From assembly GCA_947589195.1 (NCBI GenBank), contig CANPZX010000001.1, positions 1 to 55,010 on the forward strand: DNA of 55,010 nt, read 5' to 3'. Origin of the DNA: an uncultured Bacilli bacterium. Lineage in GTDB: Bacteria > Bacillota_I > Bacilli_A > RF39 > UBA660. Position numbers and translations under genes: made by a program. Positions within the stretch are counted from its first letter, which is position 1, and each line of letters begins with the position of its first letter. Positions 1 through 10,109 of this stretch are shown piece after piece. The notes below the pieces were generated by a model, which saw nothing but the letters and a program-made list of their open reading frames with translations, had not been told where the DNA came from and did no database searches.

Positions 1-74
1 TTTTTTAAATTTTTTATCCTTTTTTATGGTTATTTTATTTTTTTAATTACTGGTTTATATATTCTTTAAATTAA

Positions 75-419
75 CATGTAGGAAAAATAGCCGAAAGGTT
101 AAGAGAACTAATAAGACAAAGTTGCAGCAAAAGAGGAATTACTATTATACGCGGAAGTATTGGAAAAGAACATGTGCATTTGTTGGTATCATGTCCACCT
201 AATATATCAGTAAGTGAAATGATAAAATACATAAAGGGAAGAAGTAGTAAAAAATTACAAGAAGAATATAAAGAATTAAGAAAAAAATATTGGGGACAAC
301 ATTTGTGGAGTCCGGGATATTTTTGTAGAAGTGTAGGAAATGTCACAAAAGAAATAATAGAGGAATATATTGAAAATCAAACAGAAGAAGAGGACGATAT
401 ATTTAAAATTGTTGAATGA
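75..419 (+). pseudogene. tnpA: IS200/IS605-family Y1 (HUH) transposase TnpA, 5'-truncated remnant
   Basis: The frame is open from 75 (TAA at 72-74) and reads ...GKEHVHLLVSCPPNISVSEMIKYIKGRSSKKL...WSPGYFCRSVGN... This covers the HUH block (HVHLL) and the catalytic-Tyr block (SPGYF). The N-terminal ~40 aa and any ATG/RBS are missing, and 1-70 is non-coding AT-rich DNA. Confidence 0.8.
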
Positions 420-457
420 CTTTAGTCATATGAGCGGCTTTCAGTCGCTAAAATAAG

Positions 458-478
458 CCCTACACTTTCAGTGTAGGG
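458..478 (+). repeat. Perfect hairpin CCCTACAC-TTTCA-GTGTAGGG downstream of the tnpA remnant; candidate IS200 subterminal (right-end) hairpin
   Basis: 8-bp perfect GC-containing stem 39 nt after the tnpA stop. IS200/IS605 ends are defined by such subterminal hairpins. There is no T-run, so it is not a typical terminator. Confidence 0.5.
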
Positions 479-734
479 TGGTTAACAAGATACATTTCCT
501 ACCTCTTCATCTGTCATTTTTATGTATTTCTTATGGGAAAAAGAAGTAGAAATATTATCTTTATTAAGAAATAGCGATAGGGTAAAAACTTTGAAAAGAA
601 AAATAAATTAAATTATATTTTATATAATCCTTTTTTAAAGGTGATTATTATTTAGTTACAAAACTACTACTTAATTGACTTTAAATTAAATATAATGTAA
701 AATACAAGTGCAAAAAAGAGAGGATTTACTTAAT

Positions 735-2213
735 ATGATCAAGAAAGTTTTTTTAATATTAAAAAGTATTTTAAGTGTTTTAATAATTGCTATATCAGTT
801 TATTTATTATATATTATTCAAAAATTAGCTATTATTCCAGATAAATATTATTTTTTATTACTAGGTTTTTTAACTATTTTAAATATCATAACAATAATTG
901 GATTATTTTCGAAAAATAAAATATTTAAAATAATAAGTATTATTTTATTTATACTTATTGGAACTATTGATATCATAGGGATTAAATATGGGAAAGATAC
1001 TGATGAATTTTTAACTAATGCTTTTGATAATTTTCAAACGGAAACGAGAGTATTTCATATTGTTGTTAAATCGAGTAGTGATATAAAATCTTTAAGTGAT
1101 TTAAATAACTTAGATATTTCTTATTATACATTCTATAATGAAGATGAAAATATCAAAAAAGCTATTAATGAACAAGTATCTAATGCAAATATTCTTCCTC
1201 ATGATGATTTATATGATGGCTTTATTAATTTTTTAACAGGTCATTTGACAGCCTTAGTAATTGATGATGGCTATTTAGAAGTTTTAAGTGAAGCTTATGA
1301 TAATTTAGATACTAGATTAAGAATTCTTTATACTTTTGAAATTGAAAGTAAAAAAGAGGAAGAAGAAACACCCACACCAAGTAATCCGGAAGAATCTACG
1401 CCAAGTGCTAGTAGAACCCAAATAAATAAAGGTAATTCTTTTAATGTTTATTTATCTGGTAGTGATTCCCGAAGTCAAAATATCGCGAATAAAACAAGAA
1501 GCGATGTCAATATGATATTAACAATCAATCCGGATACTAAAACGATTTTACTTACTAGTATTCCTAGAGATTATTATGTCCAAATTCATAATCAAACTGG
1601 TTTAAAAGATAAACTTACTCATTCAGGGATATATGGTTTAGATCGTTCCAAAGAAACTGTCGCCGATTTATTTAATATTGATATGGATTATGCTGTTAAA
1701 GTAGGTTTCTCAGCCGTAGTTGAAGTAGTTGATTTAGTGGGTGGTGTTGACATTAATAGTGATAAAACCTTCAACTCTTATCATATTAAAGGTTGGGTAG
1801 TTGAAAAAGGTATTAATCATATGGATGGAGCCCATGCTCTTGCTTATGCTAGAGAACGTTATGCTTATGCTAGTGGGGATAGACATCGGATTTTAAATCA
1901 ACAACAAGTTTTAGAGGCTACTTTAAAAAAGATTATGGCTGATAAAAGTATTTTACTTAAATATGATGAATTATTAACTTCTTTAAGTAAATTATATATA
2001 ACGGATATTCCTCGGGAGAAAATAGCTGACATGATTAAAATGCAACTTAATAATATGGCTTCTTGGACTTTTTTAACCCAAAGCGTTGATGGGACCGGTT
2101 CAATGCAACATACTCATGTTACGCCTAAAAGTAATTTATATGTAATGATACCTAACCAAAGTACTGTTAATAGTGCTAAAGAACAAATAATCAAAGTAAT
2201 GGAAGCTCGTTAA
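735..2213 (+). CDS. LytR-CpsA-Psr (LCP) family cell-wall glycopolymer transferase, membrane anchored
   Basis: N-terminal TM helices followed by the LCP core: NVYLSGSDSRS, RSDVNMILTINP, LTSIPRDYYV, GAHALAYARERY. The ORF opens at GTG 708; ATG 735 has the better RBS (AGAGAGGA). Confidence 0.85.
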   Translation: MIKKVFLILKSILSVLIIAISVYLLYIIQKLAIIPDKYYFLLLGFLTILNIITIIGLFSKNKIFKIISIILFILIGTIDIIGIKYGKDTDEFLTNAFDNFQTETRVFHIVVKSSSDIKSLSDLNNLDISYYTFYNEDENIKKAINEQVSNANILPHDDLYDGFINFLTGHLTALVIDDGYLEVLSEAYDNLDTRLRILYTFEIESKKEEEETPTPSNPEESTPSASRTQINKGNSFNVYLSGSDSRSQNIANKTRSDVNMILTINPDTKTILLTSIPRDYYVQIHNQTGLKDKLTHSGIYGLDRSKETVADLFNIDMDYAVKVGFSAVVEVVDLVGGVDINSDKTFNSYHIKGWVVEKGINHMDGAHALAYARERYAYASGDRHRILNQQQVLEATLKKIMADKSILLKYDELLTSLSKLYITDIPREKIADMIKMQLNNMASWTFLTQSVDGTGSMQHTHVTPKSNLYVMIPNQSTVNSAKEQIIKVMEAR

Positions 2214-2242
2214 AAAACTAATTATCTTGATTAGTTTTTTTT
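2213..2242 (+). terminator. Rho-independent terminator after the LCP gene
   Basis: AAAAACTAAT-tatcttg-ATTAGTTTTT stem followed by a T-run. Confidence 0.7.
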
Positions 2243-2306
2243 AATTTTATTAGTTTACAAACTATCGTTCGATATAATATAATTAAGAAATGAAAGGGTG
2301 ACTAAG

Positions 2307-4499
2307 ATGAATTACATTAAAGGTAAAATTCATTCCACGATTTATCAAAATCCTAATGGCTATTTTGTAGGTACTTTTAAAATTAAAGAGACAACTGATG
2401 AAGATATGGAAAGTTTTATTAATAAAACAGTTACTATTACTGGAAATATTTTACAACCCAATGAAGAAGAAACTTATATTTTAATGGGTGAATATACTCG
2501 TCATGAACGATATGGTTTTCAATATAAATTTTTAAATTATGAAAAAGAAAAACCCACTAGTACAGATGCCATTATTGAATTTTTGACTAGTCCTTTAATT
2601 AAAGGTTGTGGGGAGAAAACCGCCAAAAAAATAGTTGATACTTTAGGTGAAAATGCTCTTGACTTAATTAAAGAGAATATATCAAATCTTTTTTTAGTGC
2701 CAGAAATGACGGAAAAAAGAGCTAATTCTATATATGAATCCTTATTAGCTCATTCTAGTCAAGATGATTTAATCATTGAACTTAAAAAATATGGTTTTAG
2801 TGTTAGTGAAGCAACAAGATTAATTAATAAATTTAAAGATAATACTAAAATATTTTTACAAGAAAATTTATATCGTTTTAAAACTTTAATTGATTTTAAA
2901 AAATTAGATAATATTTATATAGCTAATTTTGGGGATGATACTAATTTACGAAAAAAAGAATGTCTTCTTGAAACAATGAAAATAATTAGTGATACAATTG
3001 GAGATATATATTATAGCGAAGAAGAAATATATGAGGGATTAAAAAATAATTTTAAAATAATATTATTAGAAGAAGAATTTATTAATTTATTAAATGAATT
3101 AGTTAATGAAAATTACTTAGTTAAATATGAGGATAGATTTTATTTAAAAGAAAACTATAAGATGGAACATGATATAGCTAATAATTTAATTAATATTAAT
3201 AGTCTTCCTAAAAAAGATTTAAAAAATTTTTCGGGGAGTTTAAAAGCTTTAGAAGAAGCTATTAATGTTTCTTATAATCATGAACAAGAAGAAGCTATTA
3301 AAAATGCATTAGAAAATCGGATAAGTATTATTTCCGGAGGTCCAGGAACTGGTAAAACAACAATCATCAATGCTATTACGAGATTATATGGACAAATGTA
3401 TAAGTTATCTCCTATTGAAACTATTACCTCAATTGCTCTTTTAGCTCCTACCGGAAGGGCAGCTAAAAAACTAGCGGAATCAACTCATTTACCGGCTATG
3501 ACAATACATCGTTATTTAAAATGGAATAAAGATACTAATGACTTTGGTATAAATGAATATAATAAAAATAATCATAAATTAATAATTGTTGATGAAGTAA
3601 GTATGATTGATACCTATTTATTTGATGCTCTTTTAAAAGGGATAAATACTAATATTCAACTTATCTTAGTTGGTGATACTTTCCAATTACCAAGTGTCGG
3701 GGCTGGCCTTATTTTAAATGATCTAGTGGCATCTAACTTATTTTCCTATACCCCTCTTTTACATATTTATCGGCAAAGTTCTAATTCTTATATTGCCTAT
3801 TTAGCTAAAGAAATAAAAGAACATGATTTAAGTGAAAATTTCTTAGAAAAACATGATGATTATAACTTTATTGAAGTACCAAGTTCTAGTATTACCTCAA
3901 CTCTAAAAGATATTTGTTTAAAAAGTATCGAAAAAGGTTTAAAAATAGATGATTTACAAATTTTAGCTCCAATGTATAAAGGCGAAAATGGAATTGATAA
4001 CTTAAACTTAACTTTACAAGAGTTATTTAATCCTCCAAGTAAAGAAAAAAAAGAAACTAAGTATTTTGATATAACTTATCGGGAAAATGATAAAGTTTTA
4101 CAATTAGTTAATAATCCGGATTGTAATGTTTTTAATGGGGATATTGGTTATATCAAAAAAATCGAAACTAAATTATTACCCAAGAAAAAAGAAATAATTA
4201 CAATTGATTTTGATGGTAATTATGTTGAATATCAAAAAGAAGATTTATATATGATTAAGCATGCTTATGCGATTACAATTCATAAAAGTCAAGGTAGTGA
4301 GTTTGCCCATGTTTTAATGCCGATAAGTAAAAACTATTATAAAATGCTTTATAATAAACTTATTTATACAGGTGTTTCTCGGGCGAAAAAAAGTTTAGTA
4401 ATTGTTGGGGAAAAAACGGCCTTTTTAATGGCGGTAAATAATGATTATAGTAAAAATCGCAAAACAAGTTTAGCTGAATGTTTAATGCATAAATTTTAA
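2307..4499 (+). CDS. recD2: ATP-dependent RecD-like (RecD2) SF1B DNA helicase
   Basis: Walker A GGPGTGKTT, Walker B IIVDEVSMID, LVGDTFQLPSV, AITIHKSQGSEF, YTGVSRAK. ATG 2307 lies 8 nt after AAAGGG; the ORF opens at GTG 2298. Confidence 0.9.
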   Translation: MNYIKGKIHSTIYQNPNGYFVGTFKIKETTDEDMESFINKTVTITGNILQPNEEETYILMGEYTRHERYGFQYKFLNYEKEKPTSTDAIIEFLTSPLIKGCGEKTAKKIVDTLGENALDLIKENISNLFLVPEMTEKRANSIYESLLAHSSQDDLIIELKKYGFSVSEATRLINKFKDNTKIFLQENLYRFKTLIDFKKLDNIYIANFGDDTNLRKKECLLETMKIISDTIGDIYYSEEEIYEGLKNNFKIILLEEEFINLLNELVNENYLVKYEDRFYLKENYKMEHDIANNLININSLPKKDLKNFSGSLKALEEAINVSYNHEQEEAIKNALENRISIISGGPGTGKTTIINAITRLYGQMYKLSPIETITSIALLAPTGRAAKKLAESTHLPAMTIHRYLKWNKDTNDFGINEYNKNNHKLIIVDEVSMIDTYLFDALLKGINTNIQLILVGDTFQLPSVGAGLILNDLVASNLFSYTPLLHIYRQSSNSYIAYLAKEIKEHDLSENFLEKHDDYNFIEVPSSSITSTLKDICLKSIEKGLKIDDLQILAPMYKGENGIDNLNLTLQELFNPPSKEKKETKYFDITYRENDKVLQLVNNPDCNVFNGDIGYIKKIETKLLPKKKEIITIDFDGNYVEYQKEDLYMIKHAYAITIHKSQGSEFAHVLMPISKNYYKMLYNKLIYTGVSRAKKSLVIVGEKTAFLMAVNNDYSKNRKTSLAECLMHKF

Positions 4500-4534
4500 A
4501 TTAATGGGTACCTTAAGTTTAGGGATGTGAGAAA

Positions 4535-4684
4535 ATGAAAAAAATGATGCTAGCAACAACTATTGGCATGGCTTGTGGTATAGGTTTAACAGCTTATGTT
4601 TTAACTAATAAAAATACGAAGAAAAATGCTGATAAATTATTAAATACCATGATGGATAATGCTAATAATATGATGAAAAAATAA
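4535..4684 (+). CDS. Small (49 aa) single-TM protein, YtxH-like
   Basis: ATG 4535 preceded by GGGATGTGAGAAA. MKKMMLATTIGMACGIGLTAYVL followed by a basic/polar tail. Not in the ORF track because it is short. Confidence 0.5.
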   Translation: MKKMMLATTIGMACGIGLTAYVLTNKNTKKNADKLLNTMMDNANNMMKK

Positions 4685-4742
4685 AGTTATTCTTTATTTT
4701 TTTTTATTGTTTCGTGCTATAATAATTTGTGTAGGTGAAAAC

Positions 4743-7283
4743 ATGAAACGTAGTGAAATAAATAAAGAAGAACTAAGTCCGATGATGCGGCAATATTATG
4801 ATTTAAAAGAAGAATATAGTGAAGAATTATTGTTTTTTCGTTTGGGCGATTTTTACGAATTATTTTTTGAAGATGGCGAAATAGCTTCTCGGGAATTAGA
4901 ACTTACTTTAACGGGAAAAAATGCCGGATTAACCGAAAGAATTCCCATGTGTGGGGTTCCATTTCATTCCGTTCAACCTTATATTGAGAAATTAGTCAAT
5001 AAAGGTTATAAAGTAGCTATATGTGAACAATTAGAAGATCCGAAAGATGCTAAAGGCATGGTAAAAAGGGGAGTTGTTCAAGTAATAAGTAAAGGAACTA
5101 TTGTTGATTCCGAATTATTAAGTGAACATGAAAATAACTATATTGCTAGTGTTTTAGATTTTTCTTTTACCTATGTTTTATGTTATGCAGATATCTCGAC
5201 GGGATATCTAGGAGTCATGAATGTTGAGCATAAAACCGATAAACTCTTAAATGAAATATTAAATTTAAAAATAAAAGAAGTAATCTTAAAAGATAAAAGC
5301 GATTTAGAATTAATCGGCATCCTAAAAGGTAGTTATGGTATTGAAGTATCGATAAGTGATGGTTTTATCACCGATAATGCTTTGGTTGATAGTGTAGATG
5401 ATATTCGTTTTAAAGAAGGAATAAAACATTTACTTTATTATTTAATCGTTCGTGAATTAAAAGATGTTTCTCATATTAAAGAAGTCGAAATAATTAATAG
5501 AGATGACTATTTAAGGATGGATGTTCATACCATTAGAAACTTAGAATTATTTGAAACTTTAAGATTAAAAGAAAGAACTTATTCCTTAATCTGGCTTCTT
5601 GATAAAACGAAAACTAGTATGGGTAGTCGTAAACTAAAAAACTTTATTATGAATCCTTTAAAAGATAAAAATAAAATAAATGAACGATTTGATAAAATTA
5701 CCACTTTAAATACCGAATTTATTTTAAAAGAAAGATTAAGAGATTTATTATATGAAATATATGATATTGAAAGATTATGTGGGAAAATTGCTTGCGGTTC
5801 TTTAAATGCCAGGGATTTATTACAACTTAAAAATAGTCTAAAAGTTTTACCTGAAATAAAAGAAATCTTAACCGAATTAAAATTTGATTATCAACTAGAA
5901 ACGCATGAAGAAATCTATAATTTATTAGAAAAAGCGATCTATGAAAATCCTCCGGTATCGTTAAAGGAAGGTTTCTTAATTAAAGAAGGTTATAATCAAG
6001 AACTAGATGATTTAAAAGAAATAAGAAGTGGGGGTAAAAACTTTATTGCTGATTTTGAAAATAAATTAAAAGAAGAAACGAAGATTAAGAATTTAAAAGT
6101 TGGTTATAACCGGGTATTTGGTTATTATATTGAAATATCTAAAGGTCAAATTAAAGAATTACCTAGTAATTTGAATTGGGAAAGAAGACAAACTTTAGCT
6201 AATGGGGAAAGATATATTTCCCCAGAATTAAAGGAAAAAGAAGCTTTAATTTTAAATGCCGAAGAAAAGATCATTGAAATAGAATATAATTTATTTAATG
6301 AAGTTAAAGAAGAAGTAAAAAAACATTTAATTGCTCTCAAAGATACGGCTGAAATTATTAGTGAGATTGACGCTATTTCATCTTTAGCCGTTTGTGCCGA
6401 AGAATATAATCTAGTAAGACCAGAATTAAATGATAAACATATAATTGATATTAAAGATGGGTTCCATCCAGTTATTGAAGTTGTCAGCAATAATGCTTAT
6501 GTTAAAAATGATTGTTTGATGGACGAAGCCACCCAAACTTTATTAATTACCGGTCCCAATATGAGTGGTAAATCAACCTACATGCGCCAACTAGCGATAA
6601 TTATCATCATGGCTCAAAGTGGTTCTTTTGTCCCCGCTAAATATGCTAATTTACCAATTATTGATAAAATATTTACGCGGATTGGAGCTAGTGATGATTT
6701 AGTAAGTGGCGAGTCAACCTTCATGGTCGAAATGAATGAAGCTAAAAATGCAATTATGAATGCAACAATTGATAGTCTTATCTTATTTGATGAACTAGGT
6801 AGAGGAACAGCGACATTTGATGGGATGAGTCTTGCCCAAGCTATCCTTGAATATGTCAACAAAAATATTAAATGTAAAACTTTATTTTCGACTCATTATC
6901 ATGAACTTACTTCTTTAGAAAGAGAAATGTCTAGTATTAAAAATATTCATGTCGCGGCCTTAGAAGAAAATGGCACAATTACCTTCTTACATAAAATTAA
7001 AAATGGCGCGGTTGATAAAAGTTATGGGATTCATGTCGCTCGTCTTGCCGGAATGCCTGAAGAACTAACTAAAAGAGCAAGTGAAATCTTAGCCTTTTAT
7101 GAGAATAATAAAACTAAAGAAAAAGCGGATAATAAAGTTCAACTTGAAATGGTTTTTGATGAACCAGTTGTTCCCAATAAACTAAAAGATTATTTAGATA
7201 AAATAGATCCTGTTTACATGACCCCAATGGAAGCTATCAACAAATTATATGAATTAAAAGAATTAGCTAAAAATGACAAGTAA
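4743..7283 (+). CDS. mutS: DNA mismatch repair protein MutS
   Basis: N-terminal PMMRQYYDLK, Walker A GPNMSGKSTYMRQ, DELGRGT, STHYHEL. ATG 4743 follows the RBS AGGTGA; the track ORF opens at 4707. Confidence 0.95.
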   Translation: MKRSEINKEELSPMMRQYYDLKEEYSEELLFFRLGDFYELFFEDGEIASRELELTLTGKNAGLTERIPMCGVPFHSVQPYIEKLVNKGYKVAICEQLEDPKDAKGMVKRGVVQVISKGTIVDSELLSEHENNYIASVLDFSFTYVLCYADISTGYLGVMNVEHKTDKLLNEILNLKIKEVILKDKSDLELIGILKGSYGIEVSISDGFITDNALVDSVDDIRFKEGIKHLLYYLIVRELKDVSHIKEVEIINRDDYLRMDVHTIRNLELFETLRLKERTYSLIWLLDKTKTSMGSRKLKNFIMNPLKDKNKINERFDKITTLNTEFILKERLRDLLYEIYDIERLCGKIACGSLNARDLLQLKNSLKVLPEIKEILTELKFDYQLETHEEIYNLLEKAIYENPPVSLKEGFLIKEGYNQELDDLKEIRSGGKNFIADFENKLKEETKIKNLKVGYNRVFGYYIEISKGQIKELPSNLNWERRQTLANGERYISPELKEKEALILNAEEKIIEIEYNLFNEVKEEVKKHLIALKDTAEIISEIDAISSLAVCAEEYNLVRPELNDKHIIDIKDGFHPVIEVVSNNAYVKNDCLMDEATQTLLITGPNMSGKSTYMRQLAIIIIMAQSGSFVPAKYANLPIIDKIFTRIGASDDLVSGESTFMVEMNEAKNAIMNATIDSLILFDELGRGTATFDGMSLAQAILEYVNKNIKCKTLFSTHYHELTSLEREMSSIKNIHVAALEENGTITFLHKIKNGAVDKSYGIHVARLAGMPEELTKRASEILAFYENNKTKEKADNKVQLEMVFDEPVVPNKLKDYLDKIDPVYMTPMEAINKLYELKELAKNDK

Positions 7284-7363
7284 ATGTCAATATAATTATT
7301 TAAAATTTTAAGAATTAAGAGATTAATAGTATAATAAAATTAATTAAGAAGGAGTGATAAGAA

Positions 7364-8074
7364 ATGGAAAATCATTTAATAAATTATATAATTAGTTTAA
7401 TGCCTAAAGGATTTGCTGATATGCAAATGAATGAAAAAGTATTACGTTTTTATTTAACGACTAATTTAAAAAGATTGTTTAATGAAGTAGAAGACTTTTA
7501 TCCTGTAAAAGATAGTGAAAAAAGTCTTAAAGAAGATGACAAAGTAGTTGGAAATGAAACTCGAGTTAATGTTAACGGGGAAGAATATGCTATCGTAGTT
7601 AATAATGAAGGAATTAACTTTAAAAGCTTAACTAATCCTTTAGCTTTTAAAGTATCTTCTAAAAATATGGTTATGAATAATTTTGTTATTAGTATGGATA
7701 ATGAGGATTGTCTTAATAGCGAATATTATAATGTATCTTTAGGTCAAAATAATTATTATGATTATCAAAAAACTATAACTGATAAAGATAATAATAAAAT
7801 AGAGCTACCTCTTTATCGTCTTTCTAATATGCGTTTTCGAAAAAATAATAATGAATATTTTAATTTAAGTGTAATTTCTAATAAACAAGCTAATTCTAAA
7901 TCTTTTTTAAAAAGTTTATATGATTATGTTAATTCTGTTAAAGGCAAAAATGAAAGGCTTATAGCTACTAGTGATGCTTTAGATGATATTTTAGATTATT
8001 TACCAGATATTTATGATTCTTTATATGCTGAGACTGTTAAAGCAGAAAAAGCTGAAAATAGTTTACATGCCTAG
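7364..8074 (+). CDS. Hypothetical protein (N/K/D-rich, no recognised motif) at the position where mutL is usually found
   Basis: 236-aa ORF with a strong RBS (AAGGAGTGA) and its own terminator. No family recognised. Confidence 0.6.
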   Translation: MENHLINYIISLMPKGFADMQMNEKVLRFYLTTNLKRLFNEVEDFYPVKDSEKSLKEDDKVVGNETRVNVNGEEYAIVVNNEGINFKSLTNPLAFKVSSKNMVMNNFVISMDNEDCLNSEYYNVSLGQNNYYDYQKTITDKDNNKIELPLYRLSNMRFRKNNNEYFNLSVISNKQANSKSFLKSLYDYVNSVKGKNERLIATSDALDDILDYLPDIYDSLYAETVKAEKAENSLHA

Positions 8075-8092
8075 TTTAAACTAGGTTTTTTT
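8070..8092 (+). terminator. Rho-independent terminator
   Basis: CCTAGTTT/AAACTAGG perfect palindrome overlapping the TAG stop, followed by T7. Confidence 0.75.
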
Positions 8093-8129
8093 AATATCTT
8101 ATGATATAATTAACCAAGGTGATGGCAAA

Positions 8130-8525
8130 ATGGCATTAAAACGCAGCGAATTAAGAGAAAAATGTATGGTTATTTTATATCAATATGATTTACTTAAAAA
8201 AACTAAAGTAGATATTAATATTGATGAAATAATAAAAGATAATTTAGATATGGAAAATGAATTTGTAAAAAATATTGTTTATGGGGTAATTACGCATGAA
8301 AATGAATTAGATACCTTAGCTAATAAATATTTAAAAGATTGGCCAATTGAACGCTTAGATAAAACGGGAAGTGCGATTTTAAGAATGGCTTTATTTGAAC
8401 TTAAATATATGGATACTCCCGAGATAGTGGTTATTAATGAAGCGATTGAACTAGCCAAGAAATATAGTGATGAAGCGATAAGTAAGATCATTAATGCAGT
8501 TTTAGATAAAATAATTAGAGAATAA
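8130..8525 (+). CDS. nusB: Transcription antitermination factor NusB
   Basis: 131 aa. R..REK.M..LYQ N-terminus, LDKTGSAILRMALFEL, INEAIELAK; followed by xseA/xseB as in Bacillus. Confidence 0.9.
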   Translation: MALKRSELREKCMVILYQYDLLKKTKVDINIDEIIKDNLDMENEFVKNIVYGVITHENELDTLANKYLKDWPIERLDKTGSAILRMALFELKYMDTPEIVVINEAIELAKKYSDEAISKIINAVLDKIIRE

Positions 8526-8542
8526 AAAAGAAGGTGATCATT

Positions 8543-9880
8543 ATGCCAGATGTACTGGAAAAATATCTTAATGTAAGTGATTTAAATGAATATATTAAAA
8601 CGATGTTTGAAGATAATACTTTCTTACATAAGATCTATTTAAAAGGCGAAATATCTAACTTTAAGAATCATACCCGTGGTCATCTTTATTTTACTTTAAA
8701 AGATGATACTTCTAGAATTAGTGCCGTGATGTTCTTTAGTAGTGCAAGAAACCTAAACTTTACCCCGGAAGATGGGATGAATGTTTTAGTAGAAGGGCGT
8801 ATTTCTTGTTATCCAGCTCAAGGAACTTATCAAATATATGTTGATAAAATGGAAAGAGATGGACTAGGTAATTTATATATTGAATATGAAAAATTAAAGA
8901 AAAAATTAGAAATGGAAGGTTTATTTGATCAAAAGTATAAAAAACCTCTTCCGAGATACCCTAAAAAAATTGGGATTATTACAGCTAGTACAGGGGCGGC
9001 CATCAAAGATATTTTAAGTACGATTAAAAGAAGATTTCCAATTGTTGAAACAATTTTATTTCCTTCCTTAGTTCAAGGTAAGGAAGCTGCCGCAGATATC
9101 GTAAGACAAATAAAGAAAGCTAATGAATTTGATTTAGATCTTATTATCTGTGGTCGAGGGGGAGGATCCATCGAAGACTTATGGGCCTTTAATGAAGAAA
9201 TTGTCGCCCGAGCTATCTTTGCTTCTAAAATCCCGATTATTAGTGCAGTTGGGCATGAAGTAGACTTTACCATTGCCGATTTTGTTGCTGACATGCGGGC
9301 CCCAACTCCGACTGGTGCGGCCGAGATGGCTGTCCCGACCGTCTTTGATACCATTACCATCTTAAAAGCCCAAGAAATAAGATTAACTAAAACCATTAGT
9401 CATATCTTAAAAACTAAAGAATCTTTACTTAAAAAATATGAAGATTCCTATATCTTAAAAAATCCGCTTAGCTTATATGAACTAAAAGAACAAAAATTAG
9501 ATATGTTAATTGAAAAATTAAATAAAACTATGGGGGATACTATTAAAAATAATCAAACCAAGTTAGATTTAATTACGAAATCATATTGTCTTCAAAATCC
9601 CTTGAGTTTATATGAACCAGCCAAAATAGAGTTAAATAACTTAACTGATAAATTAAATAATTTAATAAAGAATTGTTTAGCTAAAAAAACTCATCAATAT
9701 GAATTAATAGTTAATACTGTTAAATTAGCTAATCCCTTAAATATCTTAGAAAAAGGATATTCAATAATCAAAAAAGATAATAAAATAATAAAAGATAGCG
9801 AAGATGTAAAACCAAGTGATACTTTAAATATTAGATTGTGTCATGGTGAAATTAAAGCTATTGTAAAGGAGATAAAATAA
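8543..9880 (+). CDS. xseA: Exodeoxyribonuclease VII large subunit
   Basis: OB-fold N-terminus (LKGEISNFKNHTRGHLYFTLKD), GIITASTGAAIKD, GRGGGSIEDLWAFN, GHEVDFTIADFVAD, long coiled-coil tail. ATG 8543 follows GAAGGTGA. Confidence 0.9.
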   Translation: MPDVLEKYLNVSDLNEYIKTMFEDNTFLHKIYLKGEISNFKNHTRGHLYFTLKDDTSRISAVMFFSSARNLNFTPEDGMNVLVEGRISCYPAQGTYQIYVDKMERDGLGNLYIEYEKLKKKLEMEGLFDQKYKKPLPRYPKKIGIITASTGAAIKDILSTIKRRFPIVETILFPSLVQGKEAAADIVRQIKKANEFDLDLIICGRGGGSIEDLWAFNEEIVARAIFASKIPIISAVGHEVDFTIADFVADMRAPTPTGAAEMAVPTVFDTITILKAQEIRLTKTISHILKTKESLLKKYEDSYILKNPLSLYELKEQKLDMLIEKLNKTMGDTIKNNQTKLDLITKSYCLQNPLSLYEPAKIELNNLTDKLNNLIKNCLAKKTHQYELIVNTVKLANPLNILEKGYSIIKKDNKIIKDSEDVKPSDTLNIRLCHGEIKAIVKEIK

Positions 9881-9881
9881 A

Positions 9882-10103
9882 ATGGAAGAAAAAGAATTAA
9901 GCTTTGAAAAAGCCCTTACCAAGTTAGAAGAAATAGTTAAAGAATTAGAAAATGGTTCCGAACTAGAACAGGCAATTGATAAATATACGGAAGCCATGCA
10001 ATTAATTAAATATTGCAATGAAAAATTAACCACAGCTACAGATAAAGTTAATAAAATTTTAAATGAAAATGGAACTCTTAGTGAATTTAAGATTGAAGAA
10101 TAG
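9882..10103 (+). CDS. xseB: Exodeoxyribonuclease VII small subunit
   Basis: 73 aa, SFEKALTKLEEIVKELENG...LEQAI..Y.EAM.L; starts 1 nt after xseA. Confidence 0.85.
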   Translation: MEEKELSFEKALTKLEEIVKELENGSELEQAIDKYTEAMQLIKYCNEKLTTATDKVNKILNENGTLSEFKIEE

Positions 10104-10109
10104 ATAAGT

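Noticed and set aside
9440-9640. Internal duplication (..NPLSLYE.. twice) in xseA as a possible repeat element
   Set aside because: It corresponds to the repeated coiled-coil segments normal for the XseA C-terminal region. It is in frame and not found elsewhere in the window.
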